Positions 1-9,659 of a DNA stretch of 64,000 nucleotides are shown piece by piece. Origin of the DNA: Brevibacterium luteolum. GTDB taxonomy: Bacteria; Actinomycetota; Actinomycetes; Actinomycetales; Brevibacteriaceae. The stretch covers positions 1-64,000 of the forward strand of contig NZ_JABEMC010000009.1 of NCBI RefSeq assembly GCF_013004595.1, given 5' to 3'. The notes under the pieces were generated by a model that worked only from the letters and a program-made list of their open reading frames with translations, was not told where the DNA came from and did no database searches. The position numbers and the translations under genes were made by a program. Within the stretch, counting starts at the first letter, position 1. Each line of letters starts with the position of its first letter.

Positions 1-26
1 GTCATCGGTGCATTACGGTGAGTCAT
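1..26 (-). CDS. IS481-family transposase, N-terminal fragment
   Basis: ATG at 26 gives MTHRNAPM(T), matching the MxHxNAPLT start of actinobacterial IS481 transposases; GGAGG RBS at 33-37 on the minus strand. Confidence 0.8.
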
Positions 27-122
27 GGAAGACCTCCGGTTCGAGTGAGTGTGGTTACCCACTTCGATATCGGAGGTCTTCTTTCACCTCAAATCCCGAT
101 CACAACCTCCCGAGGAAGTACA
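1..122 (-). mobile_element. Left end of an IS481-family insertion sequence (continues beyond the window start)
   Basis: Minus strand begins 5'-TGTACTTCCTCGGGAGGTTGTG at 122, an IS481-type TGT terminus. It is flanked by CCTAGC (123-128, NCTAGN-type target) and contains a transposase start at 26. Confidence 0.85.
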
Positions 123-1062
123 CCTAGCCAACAACTCGAAGCTCGGCGCACTCCTCGTCATCGCCGCCGCGCAGGCGGTCTCGATCTGGAACGTCGGGAT
201 CAAGACGGCTGCCGCGCAGAACTTCGTGGCCACCGGTTTCATCTCCTCGGAGATGGGCGTCGACGTCGCCTGGGGTTCGTGGTTCCTGTGGGCAGCCCCA
301 TGGTCGGTGCTCATGTCCATCACCCTGTACTTCGTCATGCGCTGGGCGATCAAGCCCGAGGCCGACACGATCGACGGCGGCCGCGAGATGATCCGGCAGA
401 ACCTCTCCGAGCTCGGCCCGATCTCCGCCCGCGAGATCCGCCTCATCATCATCGCCGTGCTGCTGCTGATCCTGTGGTCGACTGAGGAGGTGCTGCACCC
501 GTTCGACTCCTCGACGGTGACGATCGTCGCGATCGCGGTGATGCTCACCCCGAAGATCGGCGTGTTCTCATGGAAGGCCGTCGAGAAGCTCATCAACTGG
601 GGCACACTCGTCGTCTTCGCCGTCGGCATCTCACTCGGCTCCCTGCTGCTCAAGACCGGTGCGGCCGCGTGGCTGTCGTCGAAGACCTTCGGGGCGGTCG
701 GCCTGTCGGAGATGCCGATGCTGGCGATCATCGCTGTCGTGTCGGTGTTCACCATCCTCATCCACCTCGGCTTCGCCTCGGCGACCTCGCTGGCCTCGGC
801 CCTCATCCCGGTCTACATCGCTCTCGCGATGAGCCTGCCGGGTGCCGCGCAGGGCGGATTCGGCTTCGTCATCATCCAGCAGTTCGTCATCAGCTTCGGC
901 TTCCTGCTGCCGATCTCGGCACCGCAGAACATGCTCGCCTACGGCACCGGCGCGTTCACTGCCAAGCAGTTCCTCAAGACCGGCATCCCGCTCACCATCG
1001 CCGGCTACCTGTTCGTGCTGCTTCTCTCGGCGACGTACTGGAAGTGGCTGGGACTTGTGTGA
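123..1062 (+). pseudogene. DASS/SLC13-family anion transporter, 3' part, interrupted by IS481
   Basis: Multi-TM sequence with SIWNVGIKTAAAQN and FLLPISAPQNMLAYGTG motifs. Homology starts right at the IS junction; the ORF-track N-terminus (49-122) is IS sequence. Confidence 0.8.
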
Positions 1063-1113
1063 GGGCTCGGGTTCAGGCAGGCACGCTCCGAGGTGGGACG
1101 TTAAGCTGAGGAC

Positions 1114-1893
1114 ATGGCAATCGATGCAGATCAGCTTCAACGCGACCTCGACCTGCGACTCCTCGGCGAGCAGTTCTTCCTGCAGGCACTCGACCAGCTC
1201 TCCCGCGCCGATCTCGACCAGCCCTCATTGCTGCCCGGCTGGACCCGCAAGCACGTTGCGGCACACGTCATCCACAACGCAGAGGCGTTCATGCGGCTGC
1301 TCGAATGGGCCCGCACCGGCGAGGAGAACCGGATGTACCCCTCGCGGCAGGCCCGCGATGAGGAGATCGACTCGACTGTCGCCCTCATCTCCAACGGTGA
1401 TGTCATGACGATGGCCCATGAGGTCGTCGACGAGCTCAGCGACGAGTTCGACGACATGGACGATGAGGCCTGGAACGCAACGGTCGTCAACGGGCGGGGC
1501 GAGGACATCCAGGCCGCGCAGATCCCGTGGTCGCGGGCGCGGGAGGCCTGGATGCATTCCCTGGACCTCAACATCGGGATGACGACCCTCGACTTCCCGG
1601 CTGCGATGGTCAACGCACTGCTCGATGAGATCACCGACACGTGGATCGCCCGCGACGAACCGGTCAACTTCACGCTCAACATCACCGACCGCGACGACTC
1701 CCCGCGCACGGTCGTCGCCGGGCCGAAAGACAGGCGTCCAGCTGAGCCGATCGAGGTGACCGGCGAGGCAGCCGAGATCGTCTCCTATCTCACCGGGCGC
1801 GGCTGGCCGAACTCCGGGCTCGAGGACAACGACAAGGGCGCCTCGGGAACGGCGACTCCGCAGGACCTCCCCCAACCGCCGCCCTGGATCTAG
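1114..1893 (+). CDS. Mycothiol-dependent maleylpyruvate isomerase (MDMPI/DinB) family protein
   Basis: PSLLPGWTRKHVAAH and REAWMHSLDL motifs; TAAGCT -10 six nt before the ATG. Confidence 0.85.
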   Translation: MAIDADQLQRDLDLRLLGEQFFLQALDQLSRADLDQPSLLPGWTRKHVAAHVIHNAEAFMRLLEWARTGEENRMYPSRQARDEEIDSTVALISNGDVMTMAHEVVDELSDEFDDMDDEAWNATVVNGRGEDIQAAQIPWSRAREAWMHSLDLNIGMTTLDFPAAMVNALLDEITDTWIARDEPVNFTLNITDRDDSPRTVVAGPKDRRPAEPIEVTGEAAEIVSYLTGRGWPNSGLEDNDKGASGTATPQDLPQPPPWI

Positions 1894-1925
1894 CACCGAC
1901 AACGACGAGGAAGAGGACGAGCGTC

Positions 1926-2654
1926 ATGAGCTACCCACCCCAGCCGCCCCCGCCGAACGGCTCGCCAGCAGGCGGGCCGCCTCCGGGAGGTCAGCAGCCG
2001 CCGGGTGGCCAGCCGCCGGCACCGCAGTACGGCAGCCAGGCACCTCAACCGGGCCAGCAGCCGCCCCAGTATCCCGGCCAGGCGCCGCAGTACGGCGGCC
2101 AAGATCCGTATGCCACCGGGGCTGGTGCCCCGAAGCCGAAGTCGAAGATGACGCTGATCGGCAAGATCCTGACATTCATCGGTGCCGGCATCCTCGCACT
2201 CACCATCATCGGCGGCATCATCATGACGATCGCCGGCGTTTCGTCCCTGTCAGGGTTCTCCGATGAGGCGATCCGCGTCAACGGCACTACGAGCCAGTTC
2301 TTCGAGGCGGAGTCTGAGTGGCAGGTCTACGCGCCGGAGGACTCCGGCTTCACCAGCTGCACGATCACAGGGCCCACTCCGGTGGGCAAGGGAACGAATC
2401 AGACGTCGTCCTACTCCTTCGACGGCAGGACCTATGAGTCGATCGACGGGTTCTCGGTCCGGGAAGCGGGCACCTACTCGATCACGTGCAACCAACCCGA
2501 TGTCATCATCGCCCCACCCCTGTCGGTCGGCGGGATCTTCTCCACCGTCGGCGGCATTCTCATCGCTGTGTTCGGCGGCCTGCTCGGCGTGGGATTGACG
2601 ATTCTCGGCATCATCCTGTGGATCGTCGGCCGGAAGCGAGCACAGCGGGCATGA
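1926..2654 (+). CDS. Hypothetical membrane protein with Pro/Gln-rich N-terminus
   Basis: P/Q/G-rich tail, two hydrophobic helices around an extracellular domain with 2 Cys; purine-rich RBS. Confidence 0.75.
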   Translation: MSYPPQPPPPNGSPAGGPPPGGQQPPGGQPPAPQYGSQAPQPGQQPPQYPGQAPQYGGQDPYATGAGAPKPKSKMTLIGKILTFIGAGILALTIIGGIIMTIAGVSSLSGFSDEAIRVNGTTSQFFEAESEWQVYAPEDSGFTSCTITGPTPVGKGTNQTSSYSFDGRTYESIDGFSVREAGTYSITCNQPDVIIAPPLSVGGIFSTVGGILIAVFGGLLGVGLTILGIILWIVGRKRAQRA

Positions 2655-2798
2655 CCGACGCCCCGGTTCGACACGGGCCGACTGTCGTGCTGCTCAAGTG
2701 GTTCGCGTTGGCACCACTGTTTCACGACACCCTCATCTGAGGCGATCAAGTCCGGGCGGTACGACCTGGGCAGCGGGGCCGCACCACCGGGACAGCGT

Positions 2799-2832
2799 AA
2801 GCGGCGCCCAGCTGCTGAGCTGGGCGCCGCTT
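2799..2832. terminator. Hairpin between convergent genes, likely terminator of the dnaK operon
   Basis: AAGCGGCGCCCAGCT-gctg-AGCTGGGCGCCGCTT, perfect 15-bp stem. Confidence 0.7.
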
Positions 2833-2873
2833 CGCATGGTCAGGTGCGAAAGATCGCCTCGCAGGCTGCCGCG

Positions 2874-3380
2874 TCACCGGCGGCGGAAGAGGAGGATGTC
2901 GCGGGAGGCGCGATCGGCCTCACTGCCGCCGGGCCGGGCGCCGGCTGCTGAGGGAAGAGCCCCGGCGATGCGCACCCGCGGGCGCCTGCCGTGCATGACG
3001 GAGACGATGTCGCCGCTCTGCCCGGCGGCGAAGACCCGGGATTCGGCCTGCACGCGCTGCCGCAGTCCTTCGACCTGCTGGCGCAGTTCGTGGACGACAG
3101 CATGCGCCTGGGTGGCGGCGTCGCGGGCTTCGTCGAGGTCGCGGCGCAGGGCGAGGATCTCCTTGATGCCAGCGAGATTGATGCCGTCTTCCTTGCTCAG
3201 CTTCTGGATCAGCCGCAGCCGCTCGATGTCGCGCGGTGAGTAGCGCCGCCCGGCACCGGCGGTGCGCTTGGGCACCACCAGTCCCATCCTGTCGTACTGC
3301 CGCAGCGTCTGCGGGTGCATGCCCGCCAGTTCAGCGGCGACGGAGATGACGTAGACGGCGGCTGTCGCTCCGATGGTCAT
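2874..3380 (-). CDS. hspR: Heat-shock repressor HspR (MerR family)
   Basis: VYVISVAAELAGMHPQTLRQYDRMGLVVP; last gene of the dnaK operon. Confidence 0.95.
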   Translation of the reverse strand: MTIGATAAVYVISVAAELAGMHPQTLRQYDRMGLVVPKRTAGAGRRYSPRDIERLRLIQKLSKEDGINLAGIKEILALRRDLDEARDAATQAHAVVHELRQQVEGLRQRVQAESRVFAAGQSGDIVSVMHGRRPRVRIAGALPSAAGARPGGSEADRASRDILLFRRR

Positions 3381-3395
3381 CGTCGCTCACCCCGC

Positions 3396-4463
3396 TCATC
3401 TCTCCCGGGCCCGGTCGAGCAGCCCGGATCGCGGATTTTCACCGCTGGTGGCCTCACGGAAGGCCTCGACCGCTTCCTTGGCCTTGGGCGTCAGGTTCTT
3501 CGGAACGGCGATCTCGACGGTCACCAGCAGGTCACCGGTGAGCTTCTTCGTCTCGATGCCCTTGCCGCGCACCCGCAGGGTGCGGCCTGACGGTGTGCCG
3601 GCCGGGATCTTCACCCGCACCGGCATCCCACCGAGTGTCGGGACCTCGACCTCGGCGCCGAGGGCGGCCTCGTCGAAGGTCACCGGCAGCGTCATCCGCA
3701 GGTTCGCGCCGTCGCGGGTGAACACCGGGTGGGGTTCGACCTGCACGGTGAGGATGACATCACCGGGTTCGCCGCCGTTGGGGCTGGCCTTGCCTTTGCC
3801 GCGCAGGCGGATCTTCTGCCCGTCTTTGACGCCGGCCGGGGTGCGCACGGTCAGCGGCTTGCCCCCGGGCATCGACAGTTTGACTGTTGCGCCCTTGGCG
3901 GCTTCAGTGAAGGACAGCTTCGTGCTGGCCTTGATGTCTCCGCCCTTGAGCGGGCCGGTGGAGAACCCACCGCCGTAGGGGCTGTCATAGGGGCTGCCGC
4001 CGTAGGAGCCGCCGAATCCGCCGAACAGATCAGCGAACTCCGGCGGGATGTCCCCGCCAGCCGAGCCAGCCGGCCCGCCACCGGGGCTGCGGGTCGTGTA
4101 GCGGGTGCGGGTGCCGCCGCCTCCGGTATTGAACAGGCCGGAGAAGATGTCCTCGAACCCGCCGGCACCGCCGGCACCGCCGGGTCCGCCGGCACCGGCG
4201 GAGAACCGGGCACCGCCGCGGCCCATCGCCCGCACCTGGTCGTACTGCTCGCGGGTCTCCTTGTCAGACAGCACCTGGTTGGCCTGCCCGATCTGCTTGA
4301 ACTTCTCCTCTGCGGCCTTGTCACCGGGGTTGGTGTCCGGATGGTACTTCCGGGCCAGCTTCCGGTAGGCCTTCTTGATCTCGGACTGCGAGGCGTCCTT
4401 GGAGACGCCGAGGATCTGGTAGTAGTCCGTGTCGAACCATTCGTTCTGAGGTCCGGAATTCAC
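3396..4463 (-). CDS. dnaJ: DnaJ co-chaperone (J domain, G/F region, C-terminal domain, no zinc finger)
   Basis: DYYQILGV and HPD motifs; no CxxCxGxG repeats; GTG start with AAAGGAGG RBS. Confidence 0.95.
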   Translation of the reverse strand: MNSGPQNEWFDTDYYQILGVSKDASQSEIKKAYRKLARKYHPDTNPGDKAAEEKFKQIGQANQVLSDKETREQYDQVRAMGRGGARFSAGAGGPGGAGGAGGFEDIFSGLFNTGGGGTRTRYTTRSPGGGPAGSAGGDIPPEFADLFGGFGGSYGGSPYDSPYGGGFSTGPLKGGDIKASTKLSFTEAAKGATVKLSMPGGKPLTVRTPAGVKDGQKIRLRGKGKASPNGGEPGDVILTVQVEPHPVFTRDGANLRMTLPVTFDEAALGAEVEVPTLGGMPVRVKIPAGTPSGRTLRVRGKGIETKKLTGDLLVTVEIAVPKNLTPKAKEAVEAFREATSGENPRSGLLDRARER

Positions 4464-4691
4464 CTGGCACCTCCTTTCCGGCTCGCGCCGTCATCGTCTG
4501 TCGTGTGTGTCTGGATGTCTGTCCCTGTCTGCTGTGCGGCAGCCGCGGCTGCCGGTCTGTCGTTCCTCACGCACCGCATGCGCAGGCCGTCTGCCTGCCC
4601 ATCCGGTCCGTGCCCGAGGCGATGGCCGCCTCGGGAACGGAATCCGCAGCTCACGCCGCGGTCGGCTCATGCCGGGTGCCGGCTGTGCAGA

Positions 4692-5474
4692 TCAGTCTGC
4701 CGGGGCCTGCACGCCGACGCGGGCGGCGCGCAGCACCCGCTCGCCGAGCATGTAGCCCGGCTGCATGACGAGGAACACCGTGGGTGTCTCGACCTCGTCG
4801 CTGGGCTGCTGCATGAGCGCTTCGTGGATGTTGGCGTCGAACTCCTCACCGACCTCGCCGTACTGTGTGACGCCGAGCTTGGCCAGCGTGTCGAAGAGCT
4901 TCGTCACGTGCGTGTCGAAGGGGCCCTCGACGTCGCCGTTCTCACGCGCCAGGCGGACCTCGTCGAGCACCGGGAAGAGCGCCTCGACGACGCTGGCGAC
5001 ACCGGCTTCCTTCGCGCGGTCCTGCTCCCGCTGGGAGCGCATCCGGTAGGCGGCGTATTCGGCGTTGATCCGCTTGAGGTGATCGAGCAGCTCGGCCTCC
5101 GTGTCGTTGGCCGGGCTGACGTTCTCAGGATCGAGCGCGCCTTCGCCGGTCTCCGCGCCCGAGGCAGTGGGCGCCTCGGCCTGCGCGGTTCCCTGAGCCT
5201 GCTCGGCTCCCTCAGACTGCGCGGCAGCCTCGGCCTGCTCGGCTGCCGGTTCGGTCTCGGCGGCTGGTTCGCCGCCGGTGGCGACCTCCGGGCCGTCGCT
5301 GTCGAGGCGGCCCCCGGCTGCTGCGGCCTGCGCCTGCTCCTGAGCCTCGCTCGGCTCAGCGGCTCCGGTGTCCCCGGAGCCGGCCTGGGGCTGGCGCACC
5401 TGGCCGGTCTCCGGATCCACCCGACGCTTGTCGGTGAACGAGAAGCCCTGTTCAGGATTCTCGGCGGACATCAC
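4692..5474 (-). CDS. grpE: Nucleotide exchange factor GrpE
   Basis: [37 protein letters not shown]. Confidence 0.95.
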   Translation of the reverse strand: MMSAENPEQGFSFTDKRRVDPETGQVRQPQAGSGDTGAAEPSEAQEQAQAAAAGGRLDSDGPEVATGGEPAAETEPAAEQAEAAAQSEGAEQAQGTAQAEAPTASGAETGEGALDPENVSPANDTEAELLDHLKRINAEYAAYRMRSQREQDRAKEAGVASVVEALFPVLDEVRLARENGDVEGPFDTHVTKLFDTLAKLGVTQYGEVGEEFDANIHEALMQQPSDEVETPTVFLVMQPGYMLGERVLRAARVGVQAPAD

Positions 5475-7345
5475 TTCTTCTCCTCGTCTTCGTCGACCAC
5501 TTCGGCGTCGACGACGTCATCCTCAGTCGCATCGGAACCGGCGTCTGCGGTTCCCTCGGCTCCGGCAGCACCCTCAGCGCCGCCCTCGGCGCCGCCCTGC
5601 TGGTACAGTGCCTCGCCGATCTTCGTCTGAGACTGGCTGAGCTTCTCGACGGCGGTCTTGACCGCCTCGTCGTCCTCGCCCTTGAGCGCTTCCTTCACCG
5701 CGTCGACATCGCCCTGCACCTCGGTCTTGACATCCTCGGGCAGCTTGTCGTCGTTGTCGGTGATGAGCTTCTCGGTCTGGTAGGCGAGGTTCTCAGCCAT
5801 ATTGCGGGTGTCAGCGGCCTCGCGGCGCTTCTTGTCCTCATCGGCGTGCTCTTCGGCCTCGCGGACCATCCGGTCGATGTCCTCCTGCGGGATCGCCGAG
5901 CCGCCGGTGATCGTCATCGACTGCTCCTGACCGGTGCCCTTGTCCTTGGCGGACACGTGCACGATGCCGTTGGCGTCGATATCGAAGGACACCTCGATCT
6001 GCGGCATGCCGCGTGGCGCCGGGGCGATGCCGGTGAGCTCGAAGGTGCCCAGCGGCTTGTTGTCCCGGGTGAACTCGCGCTCGCCCTGGAAGACCTGGAT
6101 CGACACAGACGGCTGGTTGTCCTCAGCCGTGGTGAAGGTCTCGGACTTCTTCGTCGGGATCGGGGTGTTGCGCTCGATGAGCTTCGTCATCACACCGCCC
6201 TTGGTCTCCAGTCCGAGAGACAGCGGGGTGACGTCGATGAGCAGCACGTCCTTGCGCTCACCCTTGAGGACACCGGCCTGCACGGCGGCGCCGATCGCCA
6301 CGACCTCATCGGGGTTGACGCCCTTGTTCGGCTCCTTGCCGCCGGTGAGCTCCTTGACGACCTCGGCCACGGCCGGCATGCGGGTCGAACCGCCGACGAG
6401 CACGACGTGGTCGATCTCGTCGACCGAGATGCCGGCATCGGCGATGACGGCCTTGAACGGGGCCTTCGTGCGCTCGAGGAGGTCCTTGGTGAGATCCTCG
6501 AACTTCGCGCGGGTGAGGGTCTCATCCAGGTGGACGGGCCCGTTGTCGCTCATCGACAGGTACTGCAGAGAGATGTTCGTGCTGGTCGCCGAGGACAGTT
6601 CCTTCTTCGCCTGCTCCGCGGCCTCCTTGAGGCGCTGGACAGCGGCGGCGTCCTTGGTCAGGTCGACGCCGTAGCCGTTCTTGACCTGGCTGACGAGCCA
6701 GTCGACGATCTTCTGATCCCAGTCGTCGCCGCCGAGCTCGTTGTCGCCGGAGGTCGCACGGACCTGGATGGTCGAGAAGTCATCGTCATCCTTGCCGACT
6801 TCGAGCAGGGACACGTCGAAAGTGCCGCCGCCGAGGTCGAAGACGAGGATGAGCTCGTCCTCCTTGCCGCGCTCGAGGCCGTAGGCCAGTGCGGCGGCAG
6901 TGGGCTCGTTGATGATGCGCAGGACGTTGAGGCCTGCGATCTTGCCGGCGTCCTTGGTGGCCTGGCGCTGCGAGTCGTTGAAGTAGGCCGGGACGGTGAT
7001 GACGGCGTCGGTGACCTCTTCCTGCAGGTACTCCTCAGCATCGTGCTTGAGCTTCTGCAGGATGCGGGCAGAGATCTCCGGTGCAGTGAGTGTCTTGCCG
7101 CCGAGTTCGGTGGTCCAGTCGCTGCCCATGTGGCGCTTGACCGAGGCGACGGTGTTCTTGACGTTGAGCACAGCCTGGCGCTTGGCGATCTCACCGACGA
7201 GGGAGTCGCCGTTCTTGCTCACGGCCACGACCGAGGGGGTGGTGCGGCCGCCTTCTGCGTTGGCGATGACCTTGGGGTCGCCGCCTTCAAGCACGGCCAC
7301 AACCGAGTTGGTGGTGCCGAGGTCGATTCCTACTGCACGAGCCAT
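5471..7345 (-). CDS. dnaK: Chaperone DnaK
   Basis: [24 protein letters not shown]; start at 7345 with AAGGAG RBS. Confidence 0.98.
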   Translation of the reverse strand: MARAVGIDLGTTNSVVAVLEGGDPKVIANAEGGRTTPSVVAVSKNGDSLVGEIAKRQAVLNVKNTVASVKRHMGSDWTTELGGKTLTAPEISARILQKLKHDAEEYLQEEVTDAVITVPAYFNDSQRQATKDAGKIAGLNVLRIINEPTAAALAYGLERGKEDELILVFDLGGGTFDVSLLEVGKDDDDFSTIQVRATSGDNELGGDDWDQKIVDWLVSQVKNGYGVDLTKDAAAVQRLKEAAEQAKKELSSATSTNISLQYLSMSDNGPVHLDETLTRAKFEDLTKDLLERTKAPFKAVIADAGISVDEIDHVVLVGGSTRMPAVAEVVKELTGGKEPNKGVNPDEVVAIGAAVQAGVLKGERKDVLLIDVTPLSLGLETKGGVMTKLIERNTPIPTKKSETFTTAEDNQPSVSIQVFQGEREFTRDNKPLGTFELTGIAPAPRGMPQIEVSFDIDANGIVHVSAKDKGTGQEQSMTITGGSAIPQEDIDRMVREAEEHADEDKKRREAADTRNMAENLAYQTEKLITDNDDKLPEDVKTEVQGDVDAVKEALKGEDDEAVKTAVEKLSQSQTKIGEALYQQGGAEGGAEGAAGAEGTADAGSDATEDDVVDAEVVDEDEEKK

Positions 7346-7394
7346 AGTGTTTCTCCTTGTCTTCTGAGTCAGGCCCAACCCGGCTGGCGCCGGC

Positions 7395-7482
7395 ATTGAG
7401 CGCATCTGACTCAAGTCTGGTCACGCTGAATCTGACTGTCAAACCCAGCATCATGAAAGTTGCGTACACCAGACTCAACTTT
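7395..7482. promoter_or_regulatory. Two HAIR (HspR-associated inverted repeat) operators
   Basis: ATTGAGC-N7-ACTCAAG (7395-7415) and GTTGCGT-N7-ACTCAAC (7459-7479, extended by AAA/TTT), versus consensus CTTGAGT-N7-ACTCAAG. Confidence 0.9.
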
Positions 7483-7521
7483 GCGGGAAGGGAGATTATT
7501 CCGCAGGCAGGCAGAATTCTT

Positions 7522-7851
7522 TCAGCGACCCCCGTCGCGCTCCGCGCCATCCCGGCGTGTCAGTCGTTGCAGCCGGTCGCGTGCGCGGGCGAGCCGCTCA
7601 TCCTCGGTCAGCTCCCACCACGGGGTGCCGCGCTCACCGAGGCCCTATTTGGCCCAGGTGACGCGCTTCCGCAGCGCTGCAGTCTGCTCGTCGTTCAGCT
7701 GGCGAGAGCGGGAGAGCTGCGAGCGGGCAGTGCCGAGGGCACTCAGCAGCGGGGCGGTGAGCGCCTTGGGCAGCACAGGATCCTGGGCTCGCCAGCGCCT
7801 ACCCCTGACGATGATCCAGCGGCCGTCTGCGGTCCGCTCCGGCGTGCTCAT
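7522..7851 (-). pseudogene. Small conserved actinobacterial hypothetical protein with an internal TAG
   Basis: MSTPERTADGRWIIVRGRRWRAQDP...TWAK*GLGERGTPWWE: the family-like AKxxLGERGxPWW motif continues past the TAG at 7645-7647 to a TGA at 7522. Confidence 0.7.
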
Positions 7852-7948
7852 ATGCGGCTCCCCGCGCTCACGCTGCCCACCTCGGCGCGACCCGCCTCGG
7901 CGCCGGGACGCCGCGGCGCGGCCGGTGGTGGGGCGATCCAGGCGACCA

Positions 7949-8653
7949 TCAGATGCCTCCCGGCACGGGGGCTGCGAGCGGGAAGATCCCGACCATGGCG
8001 ATCGACCACAGGCCATGGACGATGAGCGGAGCGAACCAGCGGCCAGTCGATTCGCGGGCCCAGGCTGCGGCGAGTCCGACGACGGGGGCGGCGGCGATGA
8101 GGCCGGGGTTGAGCGTTGCGCAGGTGACGAGCGTGTAGATGACGGTCGGGGCGATCCAGCGGGCGTGGCCGCGGAACAGGTCGGCCAGGCCGAGGCGGAA
8201 GAACACCTCTTCCGACAGCCCCGTGACGACAGCCGCCGCCAGCGTCAGCCCGGCCGCCGAGCTCCCGGCGGTCACGAGGGCGGCGGTGATCCATGGCGCG
8301 GTCACCGGGATGAGGCTGAGGATCCAGCCACCGAGGAGCGACACACCCGCCAGCACCGCACCGATAGCCAGCGCCCGCCACCCGGCCGAGGCGGCAGTAC
8401 GGTGCGCCGGCGGGCCGGGCGCCGGATCAGCGGAGCGGTGACGTGTGACATGCGCTCGCGTGAGCAGCAGGAGGGCGATCCCACCGAGTGTCCACACCGC
8501 GGCGAGGGCAAGGCTCCACAGCGGCAGTGCCGCGGTGCCGGCAGATGTGCCGAGGCCGAAGGCCTTGCGCAGGATGAGAGCGCCGAGGACAATGGTGACG
8601 GCCGCAGGAGCCCAGACAGCAGCACGTGAGGTGAGCACCAGCTGCGACGTCAT
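7949..8653 (-). CDS. CPBP (Abi/CAAX) family intramembrane glutamic protease
   Basis: EEVFFR and HGLW motifs, multi-TM. Confidence 0.85.
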   Translation of the reverse strand: MTSQLVLTSRAAVWAPAAVTIVLGALILRKAFGLGTSAGTAALPLWSLALAAVWTLGGIALLLLTRAHVTRHRSADPAPGPPAHRTAASAGWRALAIGAVLAGVSLLGGWILSLIPVTAPWITAALVTAGSSAAGLTLAAAVVTGLSEEVFFRLGLADLFRGHARWIAPTVIYTLVTCATLNPGLIAAAPVVGLAAAWARESTGRWFAPLIVHGLWSIAMVGIFPLAAPVPGGI

Positions 8654-8678
8654 GGCACCAGTCTAGGAGATGACTGCA

Positions 8679-9653
8679 ATGCGAGTTCTGCTCATCGGCG
8701 CCACCGGATACGTCGCCTCGCGTACGATCCCCGTCCTGCTCGGTGCCGGGCACACCGTCATTGCCGCTGCCCGCTCACCGGAGAAGCTCAGGGCGTTCTG
8801 GTGGGCAGACCGCGTCACCGCCGCCCGACTCGACGTCACCGATGACGCATCCGTGTCTGCGGCGGTGGCTCACAGCGCTGCCGATGCCATCGTCTACCTC
8901 GTCCACGGGATGGGCGGGTCTGACTTCCGCACAGTTGACCGGCAGTCAGCTCAGCGCGTGCGCCGGGCAGCCGATGCTGCAGGCATCAACCGAATCGTCT
9001 ACCTCTCGGGGATCATCCCGGCTGTCGGCGAGGAGCGCCTGTCCGAGCATCTGATCTCGCGGCTCGAGGTCGAACAGGAGCTCTCCCGGGCCAGCGCCAC
9101 GGTCATCACGCTGCGTGCGGCGATGATCATCGGGGCGGGCTCGACGAGCCTGGCACTCGTCCGGCAGCTGGTGACCCGGCTGCCGGTCATAGTGGTGCCG
9201 TCGTGGATGCGCCACCTCGTCGAGCCGATCGCCATCACCGATGTGGCCGCCGCGATCGAGGCGGCGCTGCGGGTCGATCTGCCGACCGGGCAGTTCTCGA
9301 TCGGCGGCGGGACGGTGATGTCGTACCCCGAGCTCATCGATCTGCTCACCGAGCTCAGCGGGCTCATCCGCCCGCAGCTGCCCGGCGGACCGCTGCCGGA
9401 GCCGCTCGTGGCGAAGGCTGCAGCAGTGCTGACGGATCTGCCGGGATCGACAGTCGAAGCGCTCATCGAATCGCTCCAGGAGGACATGGTCTCCTCCGGT
9501 GACAGCTGGCGCAGCGAGCTGTTCGCAGGGGCGCCTGCCCATCAGCCGCTGACACCGCGGGCCGCCCTGGCGCGGGCGCTGGCGCAGCCGGATCTCAGCC
9601 TGCCGGCCGCCGAACGGGATCCGCTTGCAGTGATGCCCGGCGACCGCTGCTGA
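8679..9653 (+). CDS. NAD(P)H-binding epimerase/SDR-like protein (YbjT-like)
   Basis: MRVLLIGATGYVA Rossmann motif, YLVHGM, HLISRLEVE; AGGAG 9 nt upstream of ATG 8679. Confidence 0.85.
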   Translation: MRVLLIGATGYVASRTIPVLLGAGHTVIAAARSPEKLRAFWWADRVTAARLDVTDDASVSAAVAHSAADAIVYLVHGMGGSDFRTVDRQSAQRVRRAADAAGINRIVYLSGIIPAVGEERLSEHLISRLEVEQELSRASATVITLRAAMIIGAGSTSLALVRQLVTRLPVIVVPSWMRHLVEPIAITDVAAAIEAALRVDLPTGQFSIGGGTVMSYPELIDLLTELSGLIRPQLPGGPLPEPLVAKAAAVLTDLPGSTVEALIESLQEDMVSSGDSWRSELFAGAPAHQPLTPRAALARALAQPDLSLPAAERDPLAVMPGDRC

Positions 9654-9659
9654 GTGTCA

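Noticed and set aside
49..122. ORF-track N-terminus MWLPTSISEVFF of the transporter
   Set aside because: It is antisense IS481 end sequence, not transporter coding sequence.
3396..4463. DnaJ without a zinc finger as a novelty
   Set aside because: Zinc-finger-less DnaJ in the dnaK operon is, to my knowledge, common in Micrococcales.
3729..7399. Long plus-strand ORFs (633 aa, 517 aa) opposite dnaJ/grpE/dnaK
   Set aside because: Antisense shadow frames typical of high-GC codon bias, with no motifs; the same applies to many other overlapping ORFs in the track.
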